Shown here: positions 1-13,255 of the stretch, one piece after another
How positions within the stretch are numbered: the first letter of the stretch is position 1
Layout of the letters: every line of letters starts with the position of its first letter
Source: the human T2T-CHM13v2.0 reference genome, Homo sapiens
Strand: one strand, 5' to 3'
NCBI RefSeq assembly: GCF_009914755.1
Contig: NC_060938.1
Length of the DNA stretch: 64,000 nucleotides
Notes under the pieces: generated by a model
Seen by the model: only the letters and a program-made list of their open reading frames with translations
The model's database searches: none
What the model was told of the DNA's origin: nothing
Program-made: the position numbers and the translations under genes

Positions 1-628
1 GAGAATTCATTCCTGTACTGCAAGAAATCCTAAAGGGAGCTTTTCAGGCTGGAAAGAAACGATACCAGATGGAAATGTCAATCTTCAGGAAGAATAAAGA
101 GTCTGGAAAATGATAAATGATACATACCTAGTAAATATTAACACTTTCATTCTATTTCTTAAAAAGCAAACCCCATTTTCCTATGGAGTTTATAATGTAT
201 GTGGATATCTTACATATAACAACTATAACATAAAGGATATATATATATATACACACATATATATGGTTGCAAGATTTCTACATTTTACATGAAGTGGTAA
301 AATATTCATTTAAGTAGACTGTCAAAAGTTAAGAATGTATTTTTAATCCCTAGAACAGCTACCAGAATTTTTTAAAATACGAGAAGGTATAGCTAAAAAA
401 TGCAATAGATAAAACAAAACCCTAAAAACCATTCCAATTCTTCAAAAGAAGACAGAAAAGAGAGTCAGAGGAACCAAAAACAAAGGAAATAATCAGAAAA
501 CACATAATAAAATGAAAGATATGAATGAACCAAACAACATAATAAAAAGACAGAGATTGTCAAAATGGATACAAAAGCAAGAACCAGCTATAAACCTATA
601 CAGGTGACGCCCTTTAAATATGAAGACA

Positions 629-909
<281 letters not shown>

Positions 910-1010
910 TTATTTATTTATTTATTTTGTACACTTTGAAAGTGTAGTTCAAAGTGAATGGATGTGAATAGAGAGAGGAAAAAAAAGTAGTTGTAAAAAA
1001 GCTGGGGTCA

Positions 1011-1375
<365 letters not shown>

Positions 1376-3814
1376 TCATGAAGCCCAGCTCATAAAGATA
1401 AAATGGTTAATTCATCAGGAAAACATAAATATGTATTCATATAATAACAAAACCTAAAAATATATGAAGCCAAAATTAACAGAATTTAAAAGGGGAAACA
1501 GACAGCTCTTTGATCATCATTAAAGATGTTAACTCTACTCTTTTAGTAATTAATAGAATAATAGATTAAAAGTTCAGATATAAATGAAATAGTTGATCTG
1601 AATAACACTATCAACCACTTCAATTGATATTTATGGAATACTATATTCAACTACAGAGTCCACATTCTTTTAAAGGGCATTTCCAAAAATAGGCTATATT
1701 CTGAGCTATAAAACAAGGTTTAATAAGTACTGAAATCAGCCAGAGTACATCCGATAACAATGGAATTAAATCCAGTAATAATACAATATCTCAGAAACCC
1801 CCAAATGTTTTTAAACAACATACTTCTCAATAATCAATGGATCAAAGGAACCACAAAAACTGAATAATCATGAAAATACAGCATATCAAAATCAATGATA
1901 TGCAGCTAAAACAGTGCTTGGGGGAAATGTATAACCCTCTAAGTGTATATAGAAAACAATAGAGAAAATTAACAAAGCCAAAATTTGGTTCTTTGAGAAG
2001 ATGAACAAAATTGATTACCCCTTAGCTAGATTGATCATGAAAGAGAGAAAACACAAATCATCAATACCCAGATTTAGCAAGACATGGTCACTACAAATCC
2101 TGCAGACAACTTTACATGAACAAATTCAACAAGTGCTAGGAAATTGACAACTCCCTGAAAAATACACCTTACCAAAACTAACACAAGATGAAATAGAACA
2201 CTTTAATAGCCCTATAATTAATTTAAAAACTGAATTTGTTATCAAACCCTTCACATAAATAAAACTCCAGACTCAGATGTCTTCATTGGTGAACCATATC
2301 AAACACTGAAGGAGGAACACAGCCTCTTTGAAAAAATCAAGGATAAAGAGAACACTTCTCAAGTTATTTTATGAGACTAAAATAATCTTAATACCAAAAC
2401 CTGACAAATACATTGCAAAATTGATAAATTTGCAGACAATTACAGTCCAATATCTCTCATGAAAACATAGACACAAAAAAATCTTAATGAATTATTAGCA
2501 AATAGAATCCAACAGTATATTTAAAAGAACAAAAGGACTTATCTCAGCAGTATAAAGTGTTTTAAGATTTGAAAATCAATATAATTTACCATATAAAAAG
2601 AAAGGAGAAAGTAAAAAACATATGATCAATTCAACACCCAACCCTGATAGCACTCTCAGAAAACTAAGAATAAAGAGAATCTTCCTTACCCAACAAAGGA
2701 CATCTGAGAAAATGCTATGCTAACATCATACTAAATGCTGAAATATTGACACTGTCCTCCTAAGATAGACATTCTCACCACTTCTATTCAACATTATACT
2801 GGAGACCCTGGCATTGCAATCAGGAAAGAAAAACAGGATAAAAGGCACGAAAATTGAAGAAGATGCAGTAAAACTGTGTCTCCCTGCAGTCAAGAAGGGT
2901 GAGGCCAGAGGCTGAGTGTGCCAGGATGCTGGAGCGTGGTCCAGGCAGAAAACTCTGGGGTGGAATAAACCAATGGGGCTAGGACACCTGGACCACAATG
3001 GGAAGGAGGGAGCCCCAGAGTGCCAGGTTCCCTCACTCGGGAGGCAAATCAGGGGACCGTGGGAAGAAGAAGACAGAGCCCAGGGCGGTGAGCTGCTGCC
3101 CCTGCTTCATCCTGTGCACGGCAGCAATGGGGCCACCTGCCCAGAGACCCCGAGTGTCACACTTGCTGGTGGGTAGAGAGGGCAGACAGGCCTGGCCTGA
3201 GGCCTGTCCAGGGCTGGAGGAGGACACAGAGCCCCTTGGCCAGTGGATCTGTGCTTGTTCTCAATAGTGGGACGGGCTAGACAGTCAGTGACTGGGACCA
3301 CTGGAGTCAAGGGTGGGCGGGGGTGGCACACAGGACAGGCTCAGCCAGGGAGAGCTGTTAATTTGACCACGTAGCCCAGCAGTCCTACACCCCAACACCC
3401 CCATCCCACTTCCCCCACCCCCACACACACACACCTGTTCCCAGGTGTGCTCAAGCATCTTTGGAGGCTTCCTCTCAACTTGGATCCTCAAAAATCAGAG
3501 GCAGATGCTGAGACCCTTTTGGGGCTAGGACATACCTTCAAGAAGCTGGAAATGGGGGTGGCAGGCCTGGATTCAGAGGCAAAGACACAGCTTCCAGGGG
3601 AGGCGAGAGTCAGGGTCAGGCACAGGTCACAGGCCACACCCAAAGGCTTCAGGTCCAGGGCCCCTGGCTGCCCCGCCTCAGCCCTCCTCCCAGGCTCCTT
3701 CCCCAGTCTCCTCTGGCCACAGCACGCTTCCTCCAGATGTTCCAGCCACCTGGCTTAGACACTCCTGCTGCCCTCTGAGCCAGCATGAGACCGTCTGCAG
3801 TGCTGGCATCAAAA

Positions 3815-3918
3815 GACCCCAGAGTCAGGGAATGTGGAGGCTCAGAGTCAGGCCTGGGATGAGCTGGACCCCAGAGCCAGGGAACGTGGAGGCTCAGAGT
3901 CGGGCCTGGGATGAGCTG
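3815..3918. repeat. Tandem duplication, 2 x 52 bp
   Basis: GACCCCAGAG(T/C)CAGGGAA(T/C)GTGGAGGCTCAGAGTC(A/G)GGCCTGGGATGAGCTG at 3815 and 3867; 3 mismatches. Confidence 0.95.
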
Positions 3919-5444
3919 CCCTTGGCATGGGTCACCTGCCCCGAGACGCGGGTCACTGTGGCTGTGCTGTCTCCATTTCTGTGCAGGTCCCAGGCCCCAA
4001 AACACCTCAAAGGAAGGAGCCAGGGCCTACAGGCAGGAGATGCCAGGGAGCTCCGGGCCCTCAGGCAGGATGTGGATGGGAGACCTGGAGTTGGGGTCCC
4101 AGGTGGGAGTGGGGGTGGGGACCAGCCTGGGCCAGGCCCCAAGTCAGACACATGGGTTTCCATCCTGTCCCATTTCTTCAGGCAAAGGCTGAGGGTCCCC
4201 GTCAAGCTGTTAACACTGGAGTGGGAATTATCTTCTCAGACAAGCCAGTCCCCAGCTGGGCTCTGAGACAGAGAGCCCAGAAGCAAAGAGTGAAAGTCAC
4301 CAGTCAGGACTGGGGTGCCTTGGGAGACGGCTGGAAATGTTCCCAGCGTCACCTCGTACACCCTCCACAAATAACTGTCCCGTCATCTGTCTCTGCTGCT
4401 GAGATTCCCCGCTGGGGCTTGGGAACATTTCCCCACTGTCTCTGACAGCCCTGGGCCTGCAAACCAGAGCCCCACTTGCAGGCCGCATGTCTGGCAAATC
4501 TCTTACCCTCTCTGAGGCCCCTCAGACTCTACCCAGCAGGGGCCCTGCCCCAGGCCCCACGTCTCGGGGAGCTCCAGCTTTGAAGTGCCCTCCTCAAATT
4601 GTCTGAGACCCCTGTGGTGTCTGGGACAAGCCCTGACCTGGACTGTGGGGACCCTAGTTCCCCCTTCTCCCCATTTGGGGCGCTCTCTAACTCTACCCAA
4701 CCACCACCCCACATGGGGTGAACCAGGTGTCCAGAGGTACCCTGGGAATGAACTAGGTCTGGGAGGGAGGCCTGGCAGGCCGGCCACTCGGCTGGAGGAT
4801 CCACGCTTCTTTCGTGAGGTCACATGAGGCTGGGCCATCAGAACCGCACACGTGGGGTGGCACTCACCCATGTCAAACACAAGACAAGCTCAAGTCTCTG
4901 AGTCCACCACCAACACTTGGACTTGAGCCACAGCGTGAGCCTGAGTGCTGATTCCCGGGTGCTGACCTCTCTCTGTTCTGGCCAGGGTGCTGCTTCCAGT
5001 CCGTGGCACCCAAGAGGCATGATGGTGACTGGCGCTAACCGGGTAGCTCCGCTGCTGGCAGCCACACTCTCCACTGCTGCATGCCAGGTCAGCTGTCCTC
5101 CAGGGTGCTCAGAGGCCACTGTCCCCAGTGCCAAGGGGCCCCTCCATCCATGTCTTCCCTGCCTTCAGTTGGAGGCAGAATGTACCTTCAGTCTCAGGCT
5201 GAATGTACCAGGGTCGGATGTTCACTGCATGAATAAAATGACTCTTCTCGGTCACCCACTGGCCGTGCAGTGTGGGAAGGCAGGGCTCCATCAGCCCCAA
5301 GAGAGAACACAGGGAGAAGAGATGTTTACCTTCCTGCTACTTCCTAAAGGTAAATTTAACATGACCAGAAAACAAATTAGTTTCCATTTTCCCACATCCT
5401 CTGGGTACAACTTGCATTTGTGGTCATGTCAACAAAAAAGCCAC

Positions 5445-5755
5445 AGACGGGTGCAGTGGCTCACGCCTGTAATCCAGCACTTGAGGAGGCTGAGGTGGGC
5501 CGACTGCTTGAGCTCAGGAGTTCGAGACCAGCCTGGGCAACATGGCAAAACCCCATCTCTACCAAAAATACAAAAATTAGCAGGGTGTGATGGTGCATGC
5601 CTGTGGTATCAGATACTTAGGAGGCTGAGGCAGGAGGACTGCTTAAGCCCAGAGGGCAGAGTTTGCAGTAAACTGAGATCATGCCACTGTAGTCCAGCCT
5701 GGGCAACAGAGAGAGAGATCCTGTCTCAAAAAAAAAAAAGAGAGAGAGAGAGAGA
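5445..5755 (+). mobile_element. Old Alu (AluJ-like) with A/(GA)n tail
   Basis: Dimeric Alu with TTGAGCTCAGGAGTTCGAGACCAGCCTGGGCAAC; tail A12 then (GA)n. Confidence 0.92.
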
Positions 5756-6524
5756 AACCACAACGTTTGGAGCAACAACCCCAAAGCCAACCAGGAGGAG
5801 ACCCACAGTCTCCCAGAGCCAACCAGGGGGAGCCCACCGTTCTCTGCATTGGCTGGACAGGCTCTCTCCTGCAGAGCCCCTTCCCTAGAATGCCCTTCCC
5901 CCTGTGCTGCTCGACCTGCTTCCTCCAGGCCTGGTTCTGCCATGGCCTTCTCCAGGAAGTTCCTTGTCACTCCCAGCAGGAAGGTAGAGCACTAGACGTC
6001 TTGCCCTCTCAAGGCCCGGCCCCAAGCCCCATCCCACCGTCACCTGAGGCATGTCTGAGCTGACTGCCCAGACTAAGAGGCCCAACAATGAGCGCCCAAC
6101 CTGGAGTCAGAGGCCCAGGCTGTGTGACACTGGGCCCATTCCCTACCCATTCTGGACCCCAGCATCCTCACGGGCTGAAGAGAGACGAGACCCCTGCCCG
6201 GCAGGGCTCAAGAGAATCTGGGGAGCAGCGGGACCACCTGTCTCCACCGAAGCACCTGGCACCCGCTCAGGTGTTGGTATTACTCTCTCTCCCACCTGCT
6301 ACATGCCAGAGCCGGGGCAGCCCAGGGAGGAGAGGACCCTGCCACAGTCCTCAGCTTGCTGCTGGGGCAAAAATCAACGAGACAATGACAGGAAGTGTGA
6401 AGAATGCTGGGCTTTCAGGGAGGGCTTCAGGCAGCCTGGGAAGGCTTCCAGGAAGAAGTGGCACGGAGCTCTGTTTCCTTGTAAGTTACCATTTCTTGGG
6501 TACTAGTGGCAGGCACTCGTTTAT

Positions 6525-6605
6525 ACCTCCAGCACCCCGTGAGGCAGGTACAGAAAGGATTACTCCCATTTTACAGATGGGGAAACTGAGGTTTAGTCCC
6601 ACAGA
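6525..6605. mobile_element. MIR core fragment
   Basis: CCCATTTTACAGATGGGGAAACTGAGG MIR core. Confidence 0.75.
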
Positions 6606-7059
6606 TGGTATACTCAGGGCCAGGTGCGGGGAGTGGGGGAGGTTTCAGGACAAGGGGAACAACAGTGTGGAGGCAGGAAGCAGCTGGGTGTTTTGGGGGC
6701 CGGACACTTTGGTGTGGCGAGAGCCTGGGTGGGAGACTAGGAGAGGTGAGAGCAGGAGCTACGGGAGGGCAGAGCCCTGGGGTCTAGTCCGCCTACCAGG
6801 GCCACAGGGAGCCATGGATGGTGCTAGGCAGGGAGGAACCTGGTCAGATGGGTGGGTTAGGAAGACGGTTCTGGATCTAAGAGGGAAATAGCTCAGGAGG
6901 CAGGGGAGAAGGTGTGAGGGAAAATGCAAGGGCCAGTGCAGGCCTGAGAGGCGCTTGTCTGGAGTCCAGGGGTCACTCCTGGCTCTCAGAGCAACGACAG
7001 TGGGGTGAGCAGCTTCCTGTGTTCCCAGCTCTGGGAAAAGCTTCTGCTTTCCGTCTCTA

Positions 7060-8040
7060 GGTCAGTGTCTTCTCCCAGCTCCAGATTCACATGGCCACCT
7101 GCCCGGCAGCCACCCCACCCATAAACAGTGAATGGGTGGTTAGCTCCTAACCTGGCCCCTCAAGCTCCTCATCTCCCCAGCCTGCTCCACCACCATCCTC
7201 CCCATCTCAGCACCTCCCTCCCTCCAGGGCTTAGGCACCTCCCTCCCTCCAGGGCTCAGACCCAGACCCTGGAGTCACCTTAGCTCCTGTCTGTCACCCC
7301 AGCACCTGGCCCACCATGCAGCTCTGCTGTCTCCTCCTATCCAGGTTTATCCCAAATCCAGCCGGTCCCCTCCATAGCCACAGCTCTGGTCTGAGCCACC
7401 ACCCTGCTCTCCTGTGGATCACAGTAGGGGCCTCTCGGCAGGCAGCCCCAGCCCTCACCCCACATCCTGGTTCTCATGCAGCCAGAAGCACCCCGAAATC
7501 CTGCACTGAATCACCACCCTGCTCTGCTCCAAACCCACCAGGAAGGTCCAGCTCACTCTCAGTCCTCACCCACTGCCACACCTGGCCTGGCCCCAACCCT
7601 GCCCTGGCCTCATCTCCCACTGTCCACTTTCCCCTCCGCTGGCCTGAGCACTCCTCAAACTCACCAGGCAACTCCTGCCTCAGGGCCTGTGCGCTTGCTG
7701 TTCCTGGAATGTCCTCTCTTCTCTCTCTTCCCCCTCCCATCCCCAGGCACATTGTATGGTCCCTGTATTCATTCCATTTAAATATCTCCTCTCCAGCCTG
7801 GCTCCTGTGGGACCCCCCTTCCCGTTAGTCTCCATCCCGTCACCCAGATTTTCTCCGCAGCACTGCACCTTCACCCTGCATTCGGTCATGATCGCACTGC
7901 TCACTGTCTGCCTCCCTCTCTAGATTGTCAGCGCCCTGAGATCAGGATTCTGACCTTCTTGTTCACAACTGGAACCCCAGTGCCGAGAAGGGGCCTGCTG
8001 TGAGCAGGGCAGAGCATGTGCACCCACTGAGTGAGCGAGT
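7060..8040 (+). mobile_element. L2 LINE 3' remnant
   Basis: C/T-rich degenerate body ending in an L2-like 3' terminus (CTAGATTGTCAGCGCCCTGAG...TTGTTCAC...CCCCAGTGCC). Confidence 0.65.
7210..7259. repeat. Tandem duplication, 2 x 25 bp
   Basis: GCACCTCCCTCCCTCCAGGGCT(T/C)AG at 7210 and 7235. Confidence 0.92.
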
Positions 8041-8187
8041 GACCATTGCAGCCTCACTCCTGCGCTGCATTCCGCAGCATTCTTTCACATCCATGGTTTC
8101 CCCCGAGGCCCCTCAGGAACAAAGGCTCAGAGAGGGTGGGAGAAGTGTGCAGGGTCACACGTGCTTCCCCTCCTCCCTTTATGGGGT

Positions 8188-8404
8188 CCTGTGGAGGAAG
8201 GGGAGGCCTGACTGCACACTGCAGAGGCCAGGGCAGGGCAGAGAGACTCCCACGCATGCTACTCCAGGGATGGGGCCTGGAGGGAGGCTCCCGTGCGTGC
8301 TAGTCCAGGGCCTGTGGAGGAAGGAGACGCCTGACCTCACACTGCAGAGGCCGGGGCAGGGCAGGGAGATTCCTGTGCATGCTACTCTAGGGATGGGGCC
8401 TGGA
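8188..8404. repeat. Direct repeat of ~94 bp, period 123 bp
   Basis: CCTGTGGAGGAAGG...CACACTGCAGAGGCC.GGGCAGGGCAG...GCATGCTACT..AGGGATGGGGCCTGGA at 8188 and 8311. Confidence 0.9.
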
Positions 8405-8521
8405 TTCTTCAGTGGGTCCCTGGGCAAGTCAGGCTCCCTAAATGCCCCACTGTAGGTGCCTGCAGTAACAAGAACAAGAAGGGCAGGGCATGCAGCAAAG
8501 CCACAAGGCACAGGCTGCGCA

Positions 8522-8705
8522 CACCTACTGGCTGTGACCCTGAGCAAGTTACATAACTACTCTGTGCCTCAATGCTCTCATCTGTAAAGTGAGAGTAACA
8601 ATTTCTGCCTACCTGACAGGGCTAAGGGAGGATTAAATGAACCAATATCTGAAAGTTCTCAGCATGATGCCTGGCCGATGAAAAAAACCTCAGAAAGTGT
8701 TAGTA
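8522..8705. mobile_element. MIR
   Basis: GCTGTGACCCTGAGCAAGTTAC...CTCTGTGCCTCA...CTCATCTGTAAAGTG...GAGGATTAAATGA. Confidence 0.8.
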
Positions 8706-9219
8706 CTACTACTACTAATAATAATAATAAGCAATAACAATGAAGAGTTCATGGCCCCGTGACAGTGGTGCCTGGCACTGACCTCTGTGTTTGTTCTAAT
8801 TCTCTCAAGACCCCTGAGAATAACTGCCACACAGATGTCAGCACAGGGGCTGGGCCTCCCTGCCCACTTTCTGCTTCCCAGAAAGTGGCCAACTTCCCCC
8901 TGGCCAACTATGCTTTCTAGCCAATATGTAAGTTATGGCTTTTCCTCTGTGGCTCAGCATAGGGAGCAGGGCAGGAGAAAGGCAGGGACTCCACCAAGGT
9001 CACACAAAGAGTGCCAGTGGGGCCTGGTCCACCCTTCTCAGGAAGGTCTGAGCTCCCTGTCCTGTGCTCCCATAATACCTAACCTTCACCTTGCAGATGA
9101 GTCACTGCAACTGTGCTTGCTCTTTAAGGTCTACCTTGCCTGTAAAAGCCAGAGCTGTTCATGCAAAATTTCCTGCACCTGGGCCTGAGTCAGAGTTGGT
9201 TCTCAACCAATATTTTTTA

Positions 9220-9610
9220 GTGGATGAGTAGGTAGGTGGATGGATGGATGATTAGATGGATGGATGGATGGATGGATGGATGGATGGATGGATGGATGGA
9301 TGCATGGATGCATGGACTGACAGATGGATAGGTGGATGGATGGTTAAGTAGGTGGGTGGATGGATGGATGGATGGATGGATGGATGGATGGATGGATAGA
9401 TGGATGGATGCATGGATCGACAGATGGATAGGTGGATGTATGGTTAAGTGGGTGGGTGAATGGATGGATGGATGGATGGATAGATGAGTTCCAGTGTGAA
9501 TGGATGGGTGGATGGATAGGTGGATGAGTCCTGAGATGAATGGATGGGTGGAGGGTAAGTGGATGAGTTCCAGAATGAATAGGTTTGTGGATGAGTTTGT
9601 GGATGGGTTG
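9220..9610. repeat. (GGAT)n microsatellite / low-complexity array with an internal 100-bp higher-order duplication
   Basis: Long TGGA runs; the variant block CATGGA..GACAGATGGATAGGTGGATG.ATGGTTAAGT recurs at 9311 and 9411. Confidence 0.95.
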
Positions 9611-10463
9611 TGGCTGGGTAGACTTCAGAGACAGCACTCTCCTGGGACATATCATTGAGCCTTTCCCCATAATCTGAAACACAAGGAGGCTTCAATGGTG
9701 TGGGATCCAAATGGGATCCAAAAAAGATTCTAAAACCTTCTGAGTCAAGTGCATTTGGCCTCAGTGGGCCTCAGTCTATCCATCATGAAGTTGTGAGAAG
9801 AGGACCAGCCTGCCTGTGTTTCACGATTCCCGGGATGAACCCTTAAAGGAGAGGTACAGTAGCACCTTGAAAAGGGTAAGTGCTGCAAAGACCTGGTTTA
9901 GAGGATAATGTTAGCCCTGCCAAGGGTACCAAGGGTGCAGCAGGGAGACACGCCCTGCCAGGCCTGTCCTGGGAGCATGCACGGGTTTGCCCTGGCAGGC
10001 ATGCAGGTAGAGGGAGACAGCCGCCCTCAAGGCACTCATGCCCTCTAACCCAGTAATTCCACTTCTAAGAATGGACCCTAAGGAGGTAGTCAAGGATTTC
10101 CAGAGAGACTCACCTATGAGTGTGGTCATTGCAGGGTCAGAAAAGGGAAGATGTCCATGTAATAACAGACTTCAGCGTAAATAACTCATTTCTCTACACT
10201 GCAGGGCACTCCTCCACAGCGGAATATTACGCAGCTGTTCAAAGTGGGTTTTTGAAGAATGACTACATGGCATGGGAAACTCTTAAAAGATTACTGGAAA
10301 AAAATCAAGATAAGACAAACTGCACGTGGAGTAAGATCTCATGCCTATTGGGAGGAAGTCTCTTTCTGAGTATTTGCCTGGGAAAAAAGTCCTCAATAGG
10401 TATATACCAGAACGCCTGGTTATCTCTAGGTGGGGGGATTATAGCGTTTTTTCTTCCTAGTAA

Positions 10464-11097
<634 letters not shown>

Positions 11098-11179
11098 TCA
11101 CCTTCCACATTTTCTACAATGAACAAGAAGAACTTGGCAAGTCAAGAGAAGAAGCAAAGCCATAGAGAGCTAGCCAGGG

Positions 11180-12320
11180 GCGTTGGCCGGCTGTGGATCT
11201 GTCCAGACCCAGGCCGCCCTCCTACGCGGGCCTGCTGCAACCTGCGCTGGGGTTGAGGCAGGAACCAAGCTTGGGGCCAACCGACTGCGTGGGACGTGGC
11301 TCCCGGATCTGCCCCTCACCAGCTGAGGACACCGGAGCGTCTCTCTCCAGGACTCAGTTTCCCCATCTGTGAAGTGAGGATAGTCCCACCCCCCAGCTCA
11401 ATGGATCCCTGCGGGAGGAGGGAATGCGAGGCTGGTTGTGGGTCGGGGGGCCTCTTTCCGATTCTTCCTGAAGAACCCTGCACAGAGGAGACGGGGGACT
11501 GGGAGGGGCCTGGGTCTCCGAGTGTGGGCACGGGGAGCTGAGGTCTTGCAGCTCCTGGGTCTGGGGCGCCGGGGTTCTGTGAGAGCCCCAGCTTCGTCAC
11601 GTACGACTTCCTCTCCTCTAATTGAGGGAATTGCAGAAGCCCCGGAGGGCGGCTGGTTCAGAGACCGAAACAAAGGCAGGATCAGGACCCTGGATCAGAA
11701 TGGGGTCCACGCGTGAGTCTCTGTAATTAACGCTCTGGTGTCCCAAATTACGAGAAAATATATAAAACATGTAATTGCTTCTGTATTTTGGACACTCATT
11801 AGGAGAATAATAAATGTTATTATTTATTAATATGGTAATGAATCATCTCGCTTTTAAAATTAAACATTAAACCGCTAACAAATTAAATGTAAATTATTAG
11901 GCCCCGAGTTGATGGAAAGAGTTCCCCGGGGAGGGGCCGCTGGGCTCCTTCTTTGCAGAAATGAGTGCGTCGCCCTTTAACTAGGCGCGGAGGCTGCGAG
12001 CGGTGCGGGGTGACCTGAGGACACCCGAAGACACGGGCGACTCGCGGGGACATCCTGCCCCCTGCCGGCCGCGAGCGGGACCGCAGCGGCCCGCGGGTAG
12101 CGTCCCGCCGCGGAGGTGGTTTTTCCTTGTGATCTTTCCAGAAGCAGTGAAGCCCTCTTGGGCACCCGCGCCCCTCGCCTGGCAGACAGCCACCCGCTCG
12201 CGCACGAACTCGCTGCACAGAGCTGTCAGGAGTGGGGCGTGTGGCCTGGAGCGAGGCTGCTCGCGTAGGCTGGGCCTGGGCTCCTGGCCGTGTTGTCACC
12301 GCCAATCCCCACACACGCAA
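11180..12320. promoter_or_regulatory. CpG-rich region / CpG island (densest 11930-12320) with an embedded AT-rich core
   Basis: Dense CpG (e.g. GCCGGCCGCGAGCGGGACCGCAGCGGCCCGCGGG) in non-repeat sequence; no associated CDS recognised. Confidence 0.75.
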
Positions 12321-12599
12321 GAGAAAGCAGCTTCTAGCCTCATCTCACACACGGGAAAGTGAGGCTCAGAGATGTGTGGCCTGGCCGGGGTGCACAGCCA
12401 GTATCCGGTGGGCCTGGGATGCCAGCCCAGCCTGCCAGGCCCCAGGGTGGCCATCATGGAGTGGGACTCCCGGGCTGGCCCCCCAGAGCCTGTTCCAGGC
12501 ACGTGCATTTGAATTAATGGGGTTACTGTTTCCTGAGGGCTCTTGCCAGACACCAGCTACTTACTGCACGTGGTTGAGCCCAATCAAGTAGGCAGTGTG

Positions 12600-12740
12600 C
12601 CCTGTGCCCATCTTACGCACGAGCAGACTGAGGCACGGAGAGGCTTCAGCGACTTGCCCAGGTCAGCAGCAAGGAAGTAGGGGCAGGAGAGAGAAGTAGG
12701 TCTTGCTGAGTCTAGAGTTAGCTCTTGACCACTCCAGGCC
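12600..12740. mobile_element. MIR fragment
   Basis: CCCATCTTAC...GACTGAGGCACGGAGAGG...GACTTGCCCAGGTCA. Confidence 0.7.
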
Positions 12741-13229
12741 AGACTGGGTTCTCCCTCCTTCCAGGAGGAGGGCAGGCAGCCCCATCTGTGCCCATCCCTG
12801 CGGTGCACAAAACAGTGCAGCTTCCGGGCCACTGGCTGTGTTTCTAGGGATCACCTGAGTTAAAGCAAGAAAAGGAATCATTATTTTTTTAACCAGCACA
12901 TGATTTGGGGCTTAGAGGTTGTTTGCAGTCACTCTTATGAAGAATGCTACAGCAGACACCGTGGGTTCAAGGTTATTTCCTTGGGAAAGACTTCCAGAAG
13001 TCAAACTGCTGGAACCAAAGGCTGGGACAGCAGGATTTTGGCATGCATGTTATTAGGATCCTTCTCGTATATGTGTCCCAGCTTGCACTCATCTGGGGAG
13101 GGACTCAGAAAAGAGGGCCTCCTCCCCTCACAACCAATAGCACCCTTGAGATGGCCCAGGCTGGCAGGGTTGGAAAAGTCCAGCTCATCTATGGTCCAGT
13201 TCTCTGGTGGGCACTGACCCTTGAGCCAG

Positions 13230-13255
13230 CCACACCCACACCCACACCCACACCC
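13230..13255. repeat. (CACACC)4 hexamer repeat
   Basis: CCACACCCACACCCACACCCACACCC. Confidence 0.9.

Noticed and set aside
4533-4546. CTCF-like CCAGCAGGGGGC motif (others near 16725 and 18655)
   Set aside because: Single or imperfect matches are expected by chance in GC-rich DNA.
4917-5888. 323-aa ORF
   Set aside because: Non-ATG start, runs through an Alu and its tail, no recognisable domain.
6088-6891. 267-aa ATG-initiated ORF
   Set aside because: GC-rich chance ORF crossing a MIR core and L2-like sequence; no family resemblance or exon structure.
9344-9710. His/Pro/Ser/Ile-rich ORFs
   Set aside because: Translation of the (ATCC)n microsatellite.
11713-11718. GTGAGT splice donor suggesting a lncRNA first exon
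   Set aside because: No supportable downstream exon chain from sequence alone.
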